A stretch of DNA of 26,921 bases from positions 1-26,921 of the forward strand of contig JBEKHC010000072.1 of assembly GCA_050012475.1 (NCBI GenBank), given 5' to 3'. The notes below the pieces were generated by a model, which was not told the origin of the DNA, did not search any database, and worked only from the letters and a program-made list of their open reading frames with translations. The position numbers and the translations under genes were made by a program. This document shows positions 1-11,800 of this stretch, piece by piece. Numbering within the stretch: the first letter of the stretch is position 1; the number at the start of each line of letters is the position of its first letter. The DNA comes from Candidatus Velthaea sp. Lineage in GTDB: Bacteria > Vulcanimicrobiota > Vulcanimicrobiia > Vulcanimicrobiales > Vulcanimicrobiaceae.

Positions 1-2522
<2,522 letters not shown>

Positions 2523-2628
2523 TAAAGACGCAATTATCTCTGGTTTGAGTACATGAAAGTTCTTCTCTATGCAGCTTTCCGGCGCGATCGTCTGGAGCTT
2601 CGGCTCGACATCGCGACGGGATCAAGGT

Positions 2629-2746
<118 letters not shown>

Positions 2747-2754
2747 TAAAAAGA

Positions 2755-2792
2755 GAAAAGCCCGCGTGGTCGATTTGATCAGCGGGCTTTTC
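2755..2792 (+). terminator. Intrinsic terminator of the rRNA operon (possibly bidirectional)
   Basis: GAAAAGCCCGC...GCGGGCTTTTC inverted repeat immediately after 5S. Confidence 0.8.
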
Positions 2793-2871
2793 GCATTCGG
2801 GGTTTCTCGGGAGCAGGCTGCGCACCGCGTTTGCGCTGAAGCACGCGCACGCGCGCGTACTTCAGCGGCGA

Positions 2872-3087
2872 TCAAACCGGGGCGTTGTTTGGCGGAAAAC
2901 CAACGGCTCCGTCGACTTTGTCGTCGAGGGCTTCTGCGGCCGGCGTGTCGGACGCCGCATCAACGGTTGCCGGGCGTCGTAAACGGCGCCAGAGCCAGGT
3001 CGCGACGGCTACGATCGCGACGATCAGCAGTGTGGTGTCGGTAACCCGGCGGGTCGTGCTGGGAACTTCGGTCGTCTGCTCGTTCAT
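2872..3087 (-). CDS. Small hypothetical single-pass membrane protein (71 aa)
   Basis: ATG start; hydrophobic LLIVAIVAVATWLW followed by basic RRLRR stop-transfer and acidic tail; hairpin 2834-2867 just past the stop. Confidence 0.6.
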   Translation of the reverse strand: MNEQTTEVPSTTRRVTDTTLLIVAIVAVATWLWRRLRRPATVDAASDTPAAEALDDKVDGAVGFPPNNAPV

Positions 3088-3451
3088 GAGCGTTGTGGAT
3101 ACCCCATCAAGAGTCGCTGCAGTAAAATTATGAGAAGGTCAATGCGTTGACCTGCGTTCGCGAAGAAACAGCTTGGCCGAGCGTCGAGTCGAGCAGCCGC
3201 GCGTTGAGCGTACTCGCCACGGCAATGGGACGGCGCCTTCCGCCGCCGTCGGTGTCCGGTGCTTTGGACAGATCTTTCAGCACTCAGGGTCGCTTGCGGC
3301 CCATCCGCGCAAAGTTTACGTTCGCGGTTGTGTGTCGTCAAATCTTGCGGCAAGTTGGCTAAAGGCGAAACACGCGCGTCGTGCCGGCCGCTCTCTGCGG
3401 AGGCGCACGAACGCATGACGCGGAAAACCAATACTCGAAGGAGATCGCCCG

Positions 3452-3547
3452 TTGTATACTGTTGTAACCTGTTTGGTCATTGGGACAATTGCTGCCGTCG
3501 CCCTCATCTACTGGGGCGGTTTCAAAGAAGAATCGCGGAACGGCTGA
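3452..3547 (+). CDS. Unannotated 31-aa membrane peptide MYTVVTCLVIGTIAAVALIYWGGFKEESRNG
   Basis: AAGGAG SD (3438-3443) 8 nt before TTG; one TM-length hydrophobic stretch plus charged tail; strong terminator downstream. Confidence 0.6.
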   Translation: MYTVVTCLVIGTIAAVALIYWGGFKEESRNG

Positions 3548-3620
3548 GCTTTAATTCGTTGAAGACAGCCGAAGAAGCCGTCTGACCGACGGTCGAGTCC
3601 AGGCCAGAAGGTCGAGATAA

Positions 3621-3654
3621 AGAAAGAAGAGCCGAAGCATCGGCTCTTCTTTCT
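3621..3654. terminator. Bidirectional intrinsic terminator
   Basis: Perfect 15-bp inverted repeat AGAAAGAAGAGCCGA-AGCA-TCGGCTCTTCTTTCT between convergent units. Confidence 0.85.
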
Positions 3655-3677
3655 CGTCCCCGAGTCGTGAGCGGCGA

Positions 3678-4628
3678 CTACCCTACGTGCGCCGGCGCAA
3701 GGCCGTGTGTTTGCAAGACCATGCCGGGCTTGATGATATGCTTGTTCAATCCGAGCAATGACGGATCGATGCCCAGCGCGAGACCCACGAGCTGCGGCAA
3801 GTGGAAGGTCGGGAGATCCGTTCGCCCCCAGCGCGCCGCTGAGTCGGCTTGATAACCGTCGAGCGCCAAATGACACAACGGACACGGTGTGAGCACGGCT
3901 TCGGCACCGCGATCCTTCGCCATGCGCATATTTTGCCCGACCATGTTCGCCGCCACATTCTCTTTCTCGAGTTGAATGTGAAAGCCGCAACAGCGGGTCT
4001 TGCCGGCATAGTCGATCGCTTCGCCGCCCAGGGCAGTGATGATGTCCTCGAGCGAATGCGGATTGCGGGCCGACTCCCAGCCGTTCACCGATTCGGGCCG
4101 AATGATGTGACAGCCGTAGAACGGCGCGACCTTCAGACCGCCCAGCGGCCGCACCACGAGCGATTTGAGCTTATCCAGCCCGATGTCGTCGATGAGCAGC
4201 CAGAGGAGATGGCGGACAATGACCGTGCCCTCATATTTCGCGCCGAACTTACCGAGGATGGCGTTGGCTTGACCCATGTGCGCCGGGTCTTCGAGCAGTT
4301 CTTTGTTAGCCGCGCGCATGTGACCCGTGCAGGTCGAGCAGATCGTGATAACGTCGTCGAGCCCGAGCGCTTCGGCTTGCGCATAGGTGCGGGCGTTGAG
4401 CACGCGCGCCACGTCGCGGTTGGTGTCGTTGAGGACCGACGCGCCGCAACACGATGCTGCAGTGAGTTCGACGAGTTCGATGTCGAGTTTTTCGGCCAGC
4501 AACAACGTCGAGTTGAAGAGTTCCTTGCACGATTCCTTGGCGACACAGCCGGGGAAGAAACCGTACTTGCGCATCTGCGCCGACTTCGATTGGCGCTTTT
4601 GCGCCGGAGATTCAAGAACCGTCGTCAT
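3678..4628 (-). CDS. CCG-domain (HdrB-like / SdhE-type) subunit of succinate dehydrogenase/fumarate reductase
   Basis: YGFFPGC, SCCGA, TICSTC, APFYGCHIIRP, RCCGF, TPCPLCH motifs (two CCG domains); ATG at 4628 overlaps sdhB stop (ATGA). Confidence 0.9.
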   Translation of the reverse strand: MTTVLESPAQKRQSKSAQMRKYGFFPGCVAKESCKELFNSTLLLAEKLDIELVELTAASCCGASVLNDTNRDVARVLNARTYAQAEALGLDDVITICSTCTGHMRAANKELLEDPAHMGQANAILGKFGAKYEGTVIVRHLLWLLIDDIGLDKLKSLVVRPLGGLKVAPFYGCHIIRPESVNGWESARNPHSLEDIITALGGEAIDYAGKTRCCGFHIQLEKENVAANMVGQNMRMAKDRGAEAVLTPCPLCHLALDGYQADSAARWGRTDLPTFHLPQLVGLALGIDPSLLGLNKHIIKPGMVLQTHGLAPAHVG

Positions 4629-5581
4629 GATAGTACCGGTGCCTCCAGTGTATTGAAAATCGTTCGGATCTCGTCGACCTTGGGAACCGGTTTGAGGAAC
4701 AGCGGCGGAATCTTGCCGGCCATCGCGAGCCGGAGGCCAAACGGCGCGACTTTCAACAGACCGCGGATATTGAAGCGGCCCACCGTGCCCTGAATGACCT
4801 CGGTTTCGTGGAGCATTCCGGTCTGCTTGACGGTCTTTGCCACCACGAGCGCATGGCGCGGTCCGGGTTCGTTGATGTGGCCTTCTTCGATCGAAGCGCG
4901 CTTCGTATCGATGATCCGATCTTGCGGATCCACGTGCTTGGGACAGTACGAGCAGGCGTAGCAGTGCGCGCAGAGCCACAAGTAGTCGCCGGCGATCTGG
5001 GCCGTCCGCTCTTTGCGCTTGCTGTCGCGCGTGTCTTCGATGAAGCGGTAGGCGTAAGCGATCGCGGCGGGTCCGGCAAACGCCGGATCGACCGAGACCA
5101 CCGGGCACAGTGCGTAACAGGTCGCGCACATGACGCAGTTCGCGACTGCTACGAGCTTTTTCATGTCCTCGGGCGACACGCGCCGTTCGCGTTCATGATC
5201 GCTGTCTTTGTCGGCCGGCTGCAGATACGGTTTGAGACGCGAGTATTTGTCCCAGAACGGATCCATGTTGACCACGAGGTCCCGCATCGGCTGAAAGTTC
5301 GGCATCGGATCCAGTGAGATCGAATTGTCCGAACGCAGCACTTCGGAGACCGGTGTCTTGCACGCCAGCCCCGTAACGCCGTTGATGTTCATGGAGCACG
5401 AACCGCAGATCGCGGAACGGCACGAGCGGCGGAACGAAATCGAGCCGTCCACTTCGGCCTTGGCGTGCTCGAGCGCGTCGAGCACCGTGATGTTCGTCGG
5501 CAGATCGACCTCGACCCGATCGCGGTGCGGGAGGCTGTCTACTTGTTGATCGTAACGATAGATATCGAGCGTGAAACCCAT
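4625..5581 (-). CDS. sdhB: Succinate dehydrogenase/fumarate reductase iron-sulfur subunit with C-terminal extension
   Basis: FRRSCRSAICGSCSMNING (2Fe-2S), CVMCATCYALCP, CAHCYACSYCP. Confidence 0.95.
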   Translation of the reverse strand: MGFTLDIYRYDQQVDSLPHRDRVEVDLPTNITVLDALEHAKAEVDGSISFRRSCRSAICGSCSMNINGVTGLACKTPVSEVLRSDNSISLDPMPNFQPMRDLVVNMDPFWDKYSRLKPYLQPADKDSDHERERRVSPEDMKKLVAVANCVMCATCYALCPVVSVDPAFAGPAAIAYAYRFIEDTRDSKRKERTAQIAGDYLWLCAHCYACSYCPKHVDPQDRIIDTKRASIEEGHINEPGPRHALVVAKTVKQTGMLHETEVIQGTVGRFNIRGLLKVAPFGLRLAMAGKIPPLFLKPVPKVDEIRTIFNTLEAPVLS

Positions 5582-5582
5582 G

Positions 5583-7268
5583 TCAGTACGTACGCACCTG
5601 CGGCTCGTATTTGGTGAAGGTGACTTTGCGTGAATAGTCCGGTTCGGGGTCGGCGGTTTTCCCTTTGAACCTCATGAGCGTGTGTTTCATCCACTCCGCA
5701 TCGTTGCGTTCGGGGAAATCGGTGCGCGATTGGGCGCCGCGCGACTCTTGCCGTTTGAGCGCGCCGAGCATGATCGGTTGCGCGACGTCGACCATGAATT
5801 CGGTCTCGAGAAACGTGACCAGATCGGTGTTGAAGGTTTTGGACTTGTCGGCGACCGTCATCGTCGTCGCCGCCTCGCGCACCTGGCGCAAGGCGTCCAT
5901 CCCCGCCGCAAGCTCCGTTTCGTTGCGGAAGATGAAGGCGTGATCGCTCATGGCCGCGTTGGCGGCCTTGCGGATCTGGGAATGGCGCTCGCCGCCTTTA
6001 CGGTTGAGGATCTCGTTGATCCGGTCTTGTTCGGCTTTGAGCGTCCGTTCCGAGGTGCGCACTTCACCGGTCGACTTGATATAGTTCGCCGCGTGCTCGG
6101 CGCTGCGATGACCGAAGACGATCGTTTCGAGCAAGGAGTTGCCGCCCAACCGGTTGGCACCGTGAACGCTGACGCAGGCGACCTCGCCGGCGGCGTAGAC
6201 GCCCGGGATGCGCGTGGCACCGAACTTGTCGGTCTCGATACCGCCCATCGCGTAATGCATGCCTGGGAGGATCGGGATCGGCGTGTCGATCGCGTCTTTC
6301 CCGGTCGCGTCCAGGGCGAGTTCGCGGATTTGCGGAAGCCGCTCGAGAATCTTTTCGCGTCCCAAATGACGGAGGTCGAGCATCACGCAGCCGTCGATGC
6401 CGCGACCGGCAAGGATTTCGGTCCACTCGGCTCGGGAAACGACGTCGCGCGAGGCGAGTTCGCCCTTGTTGGGGGCGTACTTGAACATGAACCGTTCGCC
6501 CTCGCTGTTGATGAGGTAGGCGCCTTCGCCGCGCGCTGCCTCCGAGAGCAGGACGCCGTTTTCTTTGAGCGACGTCGGGTGGAACTGGACGAACTCCATA
6601 TCCATCAGCGGAATTCCGGCGCGGTAGGCGATGGCCATGCCGTCACCGGTGGATGCATAACCGTTGGTCGTCTTCGCATACACGCGGCCCAACCCGCCGG
6701 TCGCGAAAATCGTCGCCTTGGCGTGGACGAGTTCGAGTTCTCCGGTCCGCATGTTGTAGGCGACGACACCGGTTCCCACGCCGTCTTCGACGCACAACGC
6801 GGTCGCGAAGAACTCTTCGTAGACCTTGATGTGGAAGCGCTCGAGCTGCTCCCACAGCGTGTGCAGAATGACGAGGCCGGTAACGTCGGCGGAGTAGCAA
6901 GTGCGCGGGGAACCGGCACCGCCGAAGGGGCGCTGAGCGATTCTGCCGTCGGGAAGCCGCGAGAAAATGCAGCCGCGGTGCTCGAGCCAAACGATTTGCT
7001 TGGGAGCATCGGCGGTCATGGCCTCGATGGCATCCTGGTCGCCCAGGTAATCCGAACCCTTGACGCAGTCGAAAGCGTGATTTTCCGGCGAGTCATCTTC
7101 GCGGTTGCCCAGCGCGGCGTTGATGCCGCCTTGAGCGGCTCCTGAGTGACTGCGGACCGGATGCAACTTCGAGACGATCGCAACATCGGCGCCGCGTTCG
7201 GCCGCCTCTACTGCAGCGCGCATCCCGGCTAAGCCGCCGCCGATGACTACGATGTCATGCTTGATCAA
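5583..7268 (-). CDS. sdhA: Succinate dehydrogenase/fumarate reductase flavoprotein subunit
   Basis: GGGLAG FAD motif, [10 protein letters not shown] (covalent FAD His), [32 protein letters not shown]; start reassigned to TTG 7268 with GGGAG upstream. Confidence 0.96.
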   Translation of the reverse strand: MIKHDIVVIGGGLAGMRAAVEAAERGADVAIVSKLHPVRSHSGAAQGGINAALGNREDDSPENHAFDCVKGSDYLGDQDAIEAMTADAPKQIVWLEHRGCIFSRLPDGRIAQRPFGGAGSPRTCYSADVTGLVILHTLWEQLERFHIKVYEEFFATALCVEDGVGTGVVAYNMRTGELELVHAKATIFATGGLGRVYAKTTNGYASTGDGMAIAYRAGIPLMDMEFVQFHPTSLKENGVLLSEAARGEGAYLINSEGERFMFKYAPNKGELASRDVVSRAEWTEILAGRGIDGCVMLDLRHLGREKILERLPQIRELALDATGKDAIDTPIPILPGMHYAMGGIETDKFGATRIPGVYAAGEVACVSVHGANRLGGNSLLETIVFGHRSAEHAANYIKSTGEVRTSERTLKAEQDRINEILNRKGGERHSQIRKAANAAMSDHAFIFRNETELAAGMDALRQVREAATTMTVADKSKTFNTDLVTFLETEFMVDVAQPIMLGALKRQESRGAQSRTDFPERNDAEWMKHTLMRFKGKTADPEPDYSRKVTFTKYEPQVRTY

Positions 7269-7795
7269 GTCGAAACGAACTCCCGCCCGGCTTCGCCCCC
7301 GGCACAGCTCGGCGCCAGGAGGCTCGCAATCTTCGGGCTGATGACGTTGGTGACGATGGTAGGCTACGCGACCCGCCGCATACCACCGCGAATTGAACCA
7401 GTGTACATCTTTACGCAGCGAATTAGGATGACCAACGTCGCAGGAATTCTCCAGAAAGGACCGGGTCTCCGCGGTCCCGCGTTGCCGAACCGGAATCGCG
7501 GCACCACCGGTCGCGGGCCATATCGTGGGCTTGCCTCTCTTGCGGCAGCGAAAGCTAGTCATGCCTGACCCGGAGAGTGCAGCGTGCCGTTGGCGCCTCC
7601 CGTGGACGCATTGCTGTCCGGGGTGTGTATTGGCGGGGATGATGCGGCGACGTGGCTGGGTCGGCTGAGACCCGATGAGGTCCGATCCTGAGGCCCAATC
7701 CCATCGGCGCCAGTACAGAATGGCCGTGCTTTCGACCACACCCGAGCGAAGCAGACCCACATCCACCCCTTGGTCCGATACTCGATCGTCTAGCC

Positions 7796-7970
7796 GTGCT
7801 CCTATTCGGAGCACGGTTGAACGAAGAGGTGGTTCCTGTGGCGTCGGCCGGGCGAGCGGCACAAAACGGTAGTGCAAGTGCTCCTATTCGGAGCACGGCT
7901 GAACGAAGAGGTGGTTCCTGCGCGCGTCGGCCGGGCGAGCGGCGCAAAACAGTAGTGCAAGTGCTCCTAT
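7796..7970. repeat. 82/83-bp tandem repeat (2 full copies plus start of a third), each full copy opening with hairpin GTGCTCC-TATTC-GGAGCAC
   Basis: Units start at 7796, 7878 and 7961 and are near-identical. Confidence 0.95.
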
Positions 7971-8728
7971 GGGAAACAGGAGCTTCCAGCCTGCTGCTCC
8001 TCTGCCCCGGATATGATCCGCCGCCACTCGTAGCTCTTTTCGCGATGTGAGTATCCGCGCTTGAACGGGGCTTGTCGCGTTGCGACCTCTACCGGCGGCC
8101 GGCAGATGAAGGCCGCCGCGTATCGCACTCACCGATCACGGAGTGATGTTCGGGGGTGGTCGACTTTTACGCTCGGCCGGGCAAGCGGCGCAGAAGCATC
8201 GTGAAGCGCTCCTACGGTGGGACGGGAAGCTCCCGGCGTGCTGCGCTCCTGTCCTGAAGAGGATCCGCCGCCACCGGGAGCCCTCGCGGTCATCGATGAG
8301 GATTCGCTCTTGGATGGGCTTCTCGCGTTGTCCGTTGCTGGCGGTCGGCCGACGAAGGGGCACGCGGATCGCACTCACCCGTCACGGCCCGATTTTCGGA
8401 GCGGTTGACTCTTACGCGCGATGTTCGGGGCGGTCGACTTTGCGCGTGCCGGCTGGGCGAGCGGCGCAGAAGGGTCGTGAAAGCGCTCAGTAGGGAAACT
8501 TAGACGCTCCCGGCAAGCTGCGCTGCTGCCCTGAAGAGGATCCGCCGCTACCCGGGAGCTCTTTCGCGGCCATCTGTGACGATTCGCTCTTGGACGGGGG
8601 TCGTCGCGTCGACGAACTCTAGCGTCGGGCGACCAAGGGCATAGTGGGGTCGCACTCACCGACCACGGCGTGATGCTCGGAGCGGTTCACTCATGCGCGA
8701 TGTTCGGGGCGGTCGAGTTTTGCCCGGC
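7928..8728 (+). repeat. Three degenerate tandem copies (~246, 276, 279 bp) of the dnaE upstream region plus first ~157 coding nt
   Basis: Units start at ~7928, 8174 and 8450; live copy 8729-8988; shared anchors GGCCGGGCGAGCGGCGCA, GATCCGCCGC, TCGCACTCACC, GATGTTCGGGGCGGTCGA recur with some mismatches. Confidence 0.93.
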
Positions 8729-8770
8729 TGGCCGGGCGAGCGGCGCAGAAGGGTCGTGAAAGCGCTCCTA

Positions 8771-8779
8771 TGGTAAACT
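8771..8779 (+). promoter_or_regulatory. Putative extended -10 promoter of dnaE (TGGTAAACT)
   Basis: TGn-TAAACT about 50 nt upstream of the GTG start; degraded in the three upstream copies. Confidence 0.45.
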
Positions 8780-8831
8780 AGAAGCTTGCAGCGTGCTGCG
8801 CTGCTGCCCCGAATAGGATCCGCCGCTACCC

Positions 8832-11800
8832 GTGAGCTCTTTCGTTCATCTCCACGTTCACAGTGAGTATTCGCTCTTGGACGGGGCTTGTCGCGTCGAC
8901 GACCTTTGCCGGCGGTCGGCCGACGAAGGGGCACCCGGGATCGCACTCACCGATCACGGCGTGATGTTCGGGGCGGTCGACTTTTACGACACCTCGCGCC
9001 GGTATGGGTTGACGCCGATCATCGGCTGCGAGGCCTACATCGCTCCGCGCGGACGCTTCGACCGCTCGGTGCGGGACGAGGCGCACGTGACGCTGCTGGC
9101 GGCTTCGGACGAGGGCTACAAAAACCTCACCGCGCTCATCTCCAAGGGGTTCCTCGAGGGCTACTATTACAAGCCCCGGATCGACCTGGATCTCCTGGCC
9201 CAGCACAACGCCGGCTTGATCGTGCTTTCGGGGTGCATGTCGGGCTTGGTTGCCGCGCCGCTGCTCAAGAACGATCGGGAGACGTCGAAGAAAAACGCCC
9301 GCATCTTCGCGGAGATCTTCGGCGACCGGTTCTACATCGAGATCATGCGCCACGGCATGCCCGAAGAGGAGACCATCAACGACGGGCTGATCTCGATCGC
9401 ACGAGAACTGTCGCTGCCGCTGGTGGCGACGAACGATTCGCACTACTTGTCGCGCGGCGACGCCCAGGCGCACGACGTCCTGCTGTGCATCGGCACCGGC
9501 AAGACGGTGGCCGACACGAGCCGGATGAAGTTCTTTTCCGACGAGTTCTACGTGAAGTCGGCGGACGAGATGCGCGAACTGTTCGCCGACGTGCCCGAGG
9601 CCTGCGACAACACGCTCGAGATCGTCAAGCGGATCGACATCAAGATTCCCGAGAAAGTGTTCTACCTGCCGGACTACCCGGTTCCCAAGACCGCTGCCGA
9701 CGACATCGCAGGCGTGCTGGCGGGCGTGCCGGGTGTCTTCGCGGCGTCCGCGGCGCTCGATCCCGCACGCGCCGCCGTCGCGGCGCAGGCGAAAGCTTCC
9801 GCAGCGAATGCGGCCGCCGCCGCGGTGCTGGTGGCTCCGCTCATCGAAGGCGACGTCGACGGCATCGTCGCGGCGCTGGCGGCCGGTGAGGCCGAGTCGA
9901 CCGTCGCCACCGCATCGCCCGACGGTGCGAGCGCGCCGCAAGCCGCGCGCACCGTCGAGATGTCGGCCGACGAGTATCTGCGGCTGGTCTGCGAAAAGGG
10001 GCTCATCGAGCGCTACGGCGTGGAGCGCGCCAAGACCGATCCGGAGCTTCGCCGGCGGCTCGAGTACGAACTCGGTGTCATCATCGCGATGGGCTTCTCG
10101 TCGTACTTCCTCATCGTCTGGGACTTCATCAAGTTTGCGCGCGACAGCGACATCCCGGTCGGCCCCGGCCGCGGTTCGGCGGTCGGGTCGCTCGTCGCCT
10201 ATTGTCTGAAGATCACCGACCTCGATCCGCTCAAATTCGGCCTGATCTTCGAGCGCTTCCTCAACCCCGACCGGATCTCGATGCCCGATATCGACACCGA
10301 TTTCTGCGTCGAACGGCGCGATGAAGTCATCGCGTACGTGACGCAAAAATACGGCAAGGACCGGGTCGCCCAGATCGTGACGTTCGGAACGATGGCTGCG
10401 CGGGCTGCGATCCGCGATGCGGGCCGCGCGCTGGCCGTGCCGCTGCCCGACGTCGACCGGGTGGCGAAACTCATCCCTTCGGGCCCCGGCGGGTTGTCGA
10501 TCGCCAAGGCGCTCGAACAGATCCCCGAACTCAAAGCGCTCTACGACCTCAACCCGCAGATTCGACGGCTGGTCGACACGGCGAATTCGATCGAAGGCTT
10601 GGCCCGGCACGCCTCGACCCACGCGGCCGGCGTGGTGATCTCGAAAAATCCGCTGATCGAACACGTTCCGCTCGTGCGCATCGGCGAAGGCGACGTGAAT
10701 ACCCAGTACGAGATGGGCGACGTCGAACGCGTCGGCTTACTCAAGATGGATTTCTTGGGTCTGCGCAACCTCACGGTCATGAAGGCGGCAACCGACGAGA
10801 TTCGGCGCACCACCGATCCCACGTTCGATCTGGCGACGATCCCGGATGATGACATGCGCACGTACGAGATGCTCGGCCGCGGCGAGACGCTGGGCGTCTT
10901 TCAGCTCGAATCCGAAGGCATGCGCCGCGTCTGCATCGATCTCAAGCCGTCGACGTTGGCCGACATCATTGCGCTCGTGGCGCTCTACCGCCCCGGCCCG
11001 ATGGACTGGATCCCGCAGTACATCAACAACAAACACGGCCGCACCAAACCGACCTATCTGCATCCGAAGCTCGTCAACATTTTGAGCGAAACCTACGGCA
11101 TAGCGTGCCTACGTGTTGGCACACCCGTTTGGTACGCTGACGGCACGATGAAGCCAATCGAGGAAGTTCGCTCCGGCGACGCGATTCTTACCTACGATGC
11201 GCCGACCGGATCGGTGCGTGAAGGCAGTGCCGAGAAGGTCTGGGCCAGTGGCCGCAAGCCGCTGCTGCGCATAACGTTGTCGACCGGGACGGTGATCGAA
11301 TGTTCGGAAGATCATCGCTTTCCGACGCCCGTCGGCGACCGGTTCGCCCGCGACCTGCGGCCGAATCAAGGACTGCGCAAGAAAAATTACATCCACAACG
11401 CGCCGGAGTCGGTGCTCTTCGAAGCGTGGCAGCCGTCGAAAAATGACTGGGCGCTTTCGGTCGGCATGGATCGAGCGTACGTCTTGGGGCTGCTCGTCGG
11501 CGACGGCAGCCTCAAGGTCAAGGGCTCGAAGAACATCACCTGCGCCACCCGTGCCGACGCAGAGTTTGTCGCAAGTATCTCGCGCCAAGCCTTCGAATGC
11601 GACACGAGCATCTATTTCAACACTCGCGCATGGTATGTCGGTCTGGCGTTCTACACGGCGCCGAAGCCGACTCCGCTTACGTTGTGGCTCGATGAGGTCT
11701 ACGGCGGCCGCATGTGGTGCCGCACTTCGAAGGAAAAGTCGATCCCTGGCCGCGCAATCGATTGGCCGGAAGAAGAGCGGATCGCGCTGCTGCGCGGGTT

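Noticed and set aside
7257..7762. ORFs 7257-7568 (+) and 7559-7762 (-)
   Set aside because: No recognisable motifs, weak translation signals, atypical codon use; a decayed gene cannot be excluded but is unsupported
7269..7877. 203-aa N-terminal extension of SdhA in the ORF track
   Set aside because: Homology begins at [12 protein letters not shown] with an SD before TTG 7268; the extension runs through repeats and is not protein-like
7796..7970. CRISPR-like look of hairpin repeats
   Set aside because: Intervening sequences are near-identical rather than unique spacers; only 2-3 units; no cas genes
7928..8988. Diversity-generating retroelement template/variable repeat pair
   Set aside because: Differences are not adenine-specific, include many indels, and no reverse transcriptase is present
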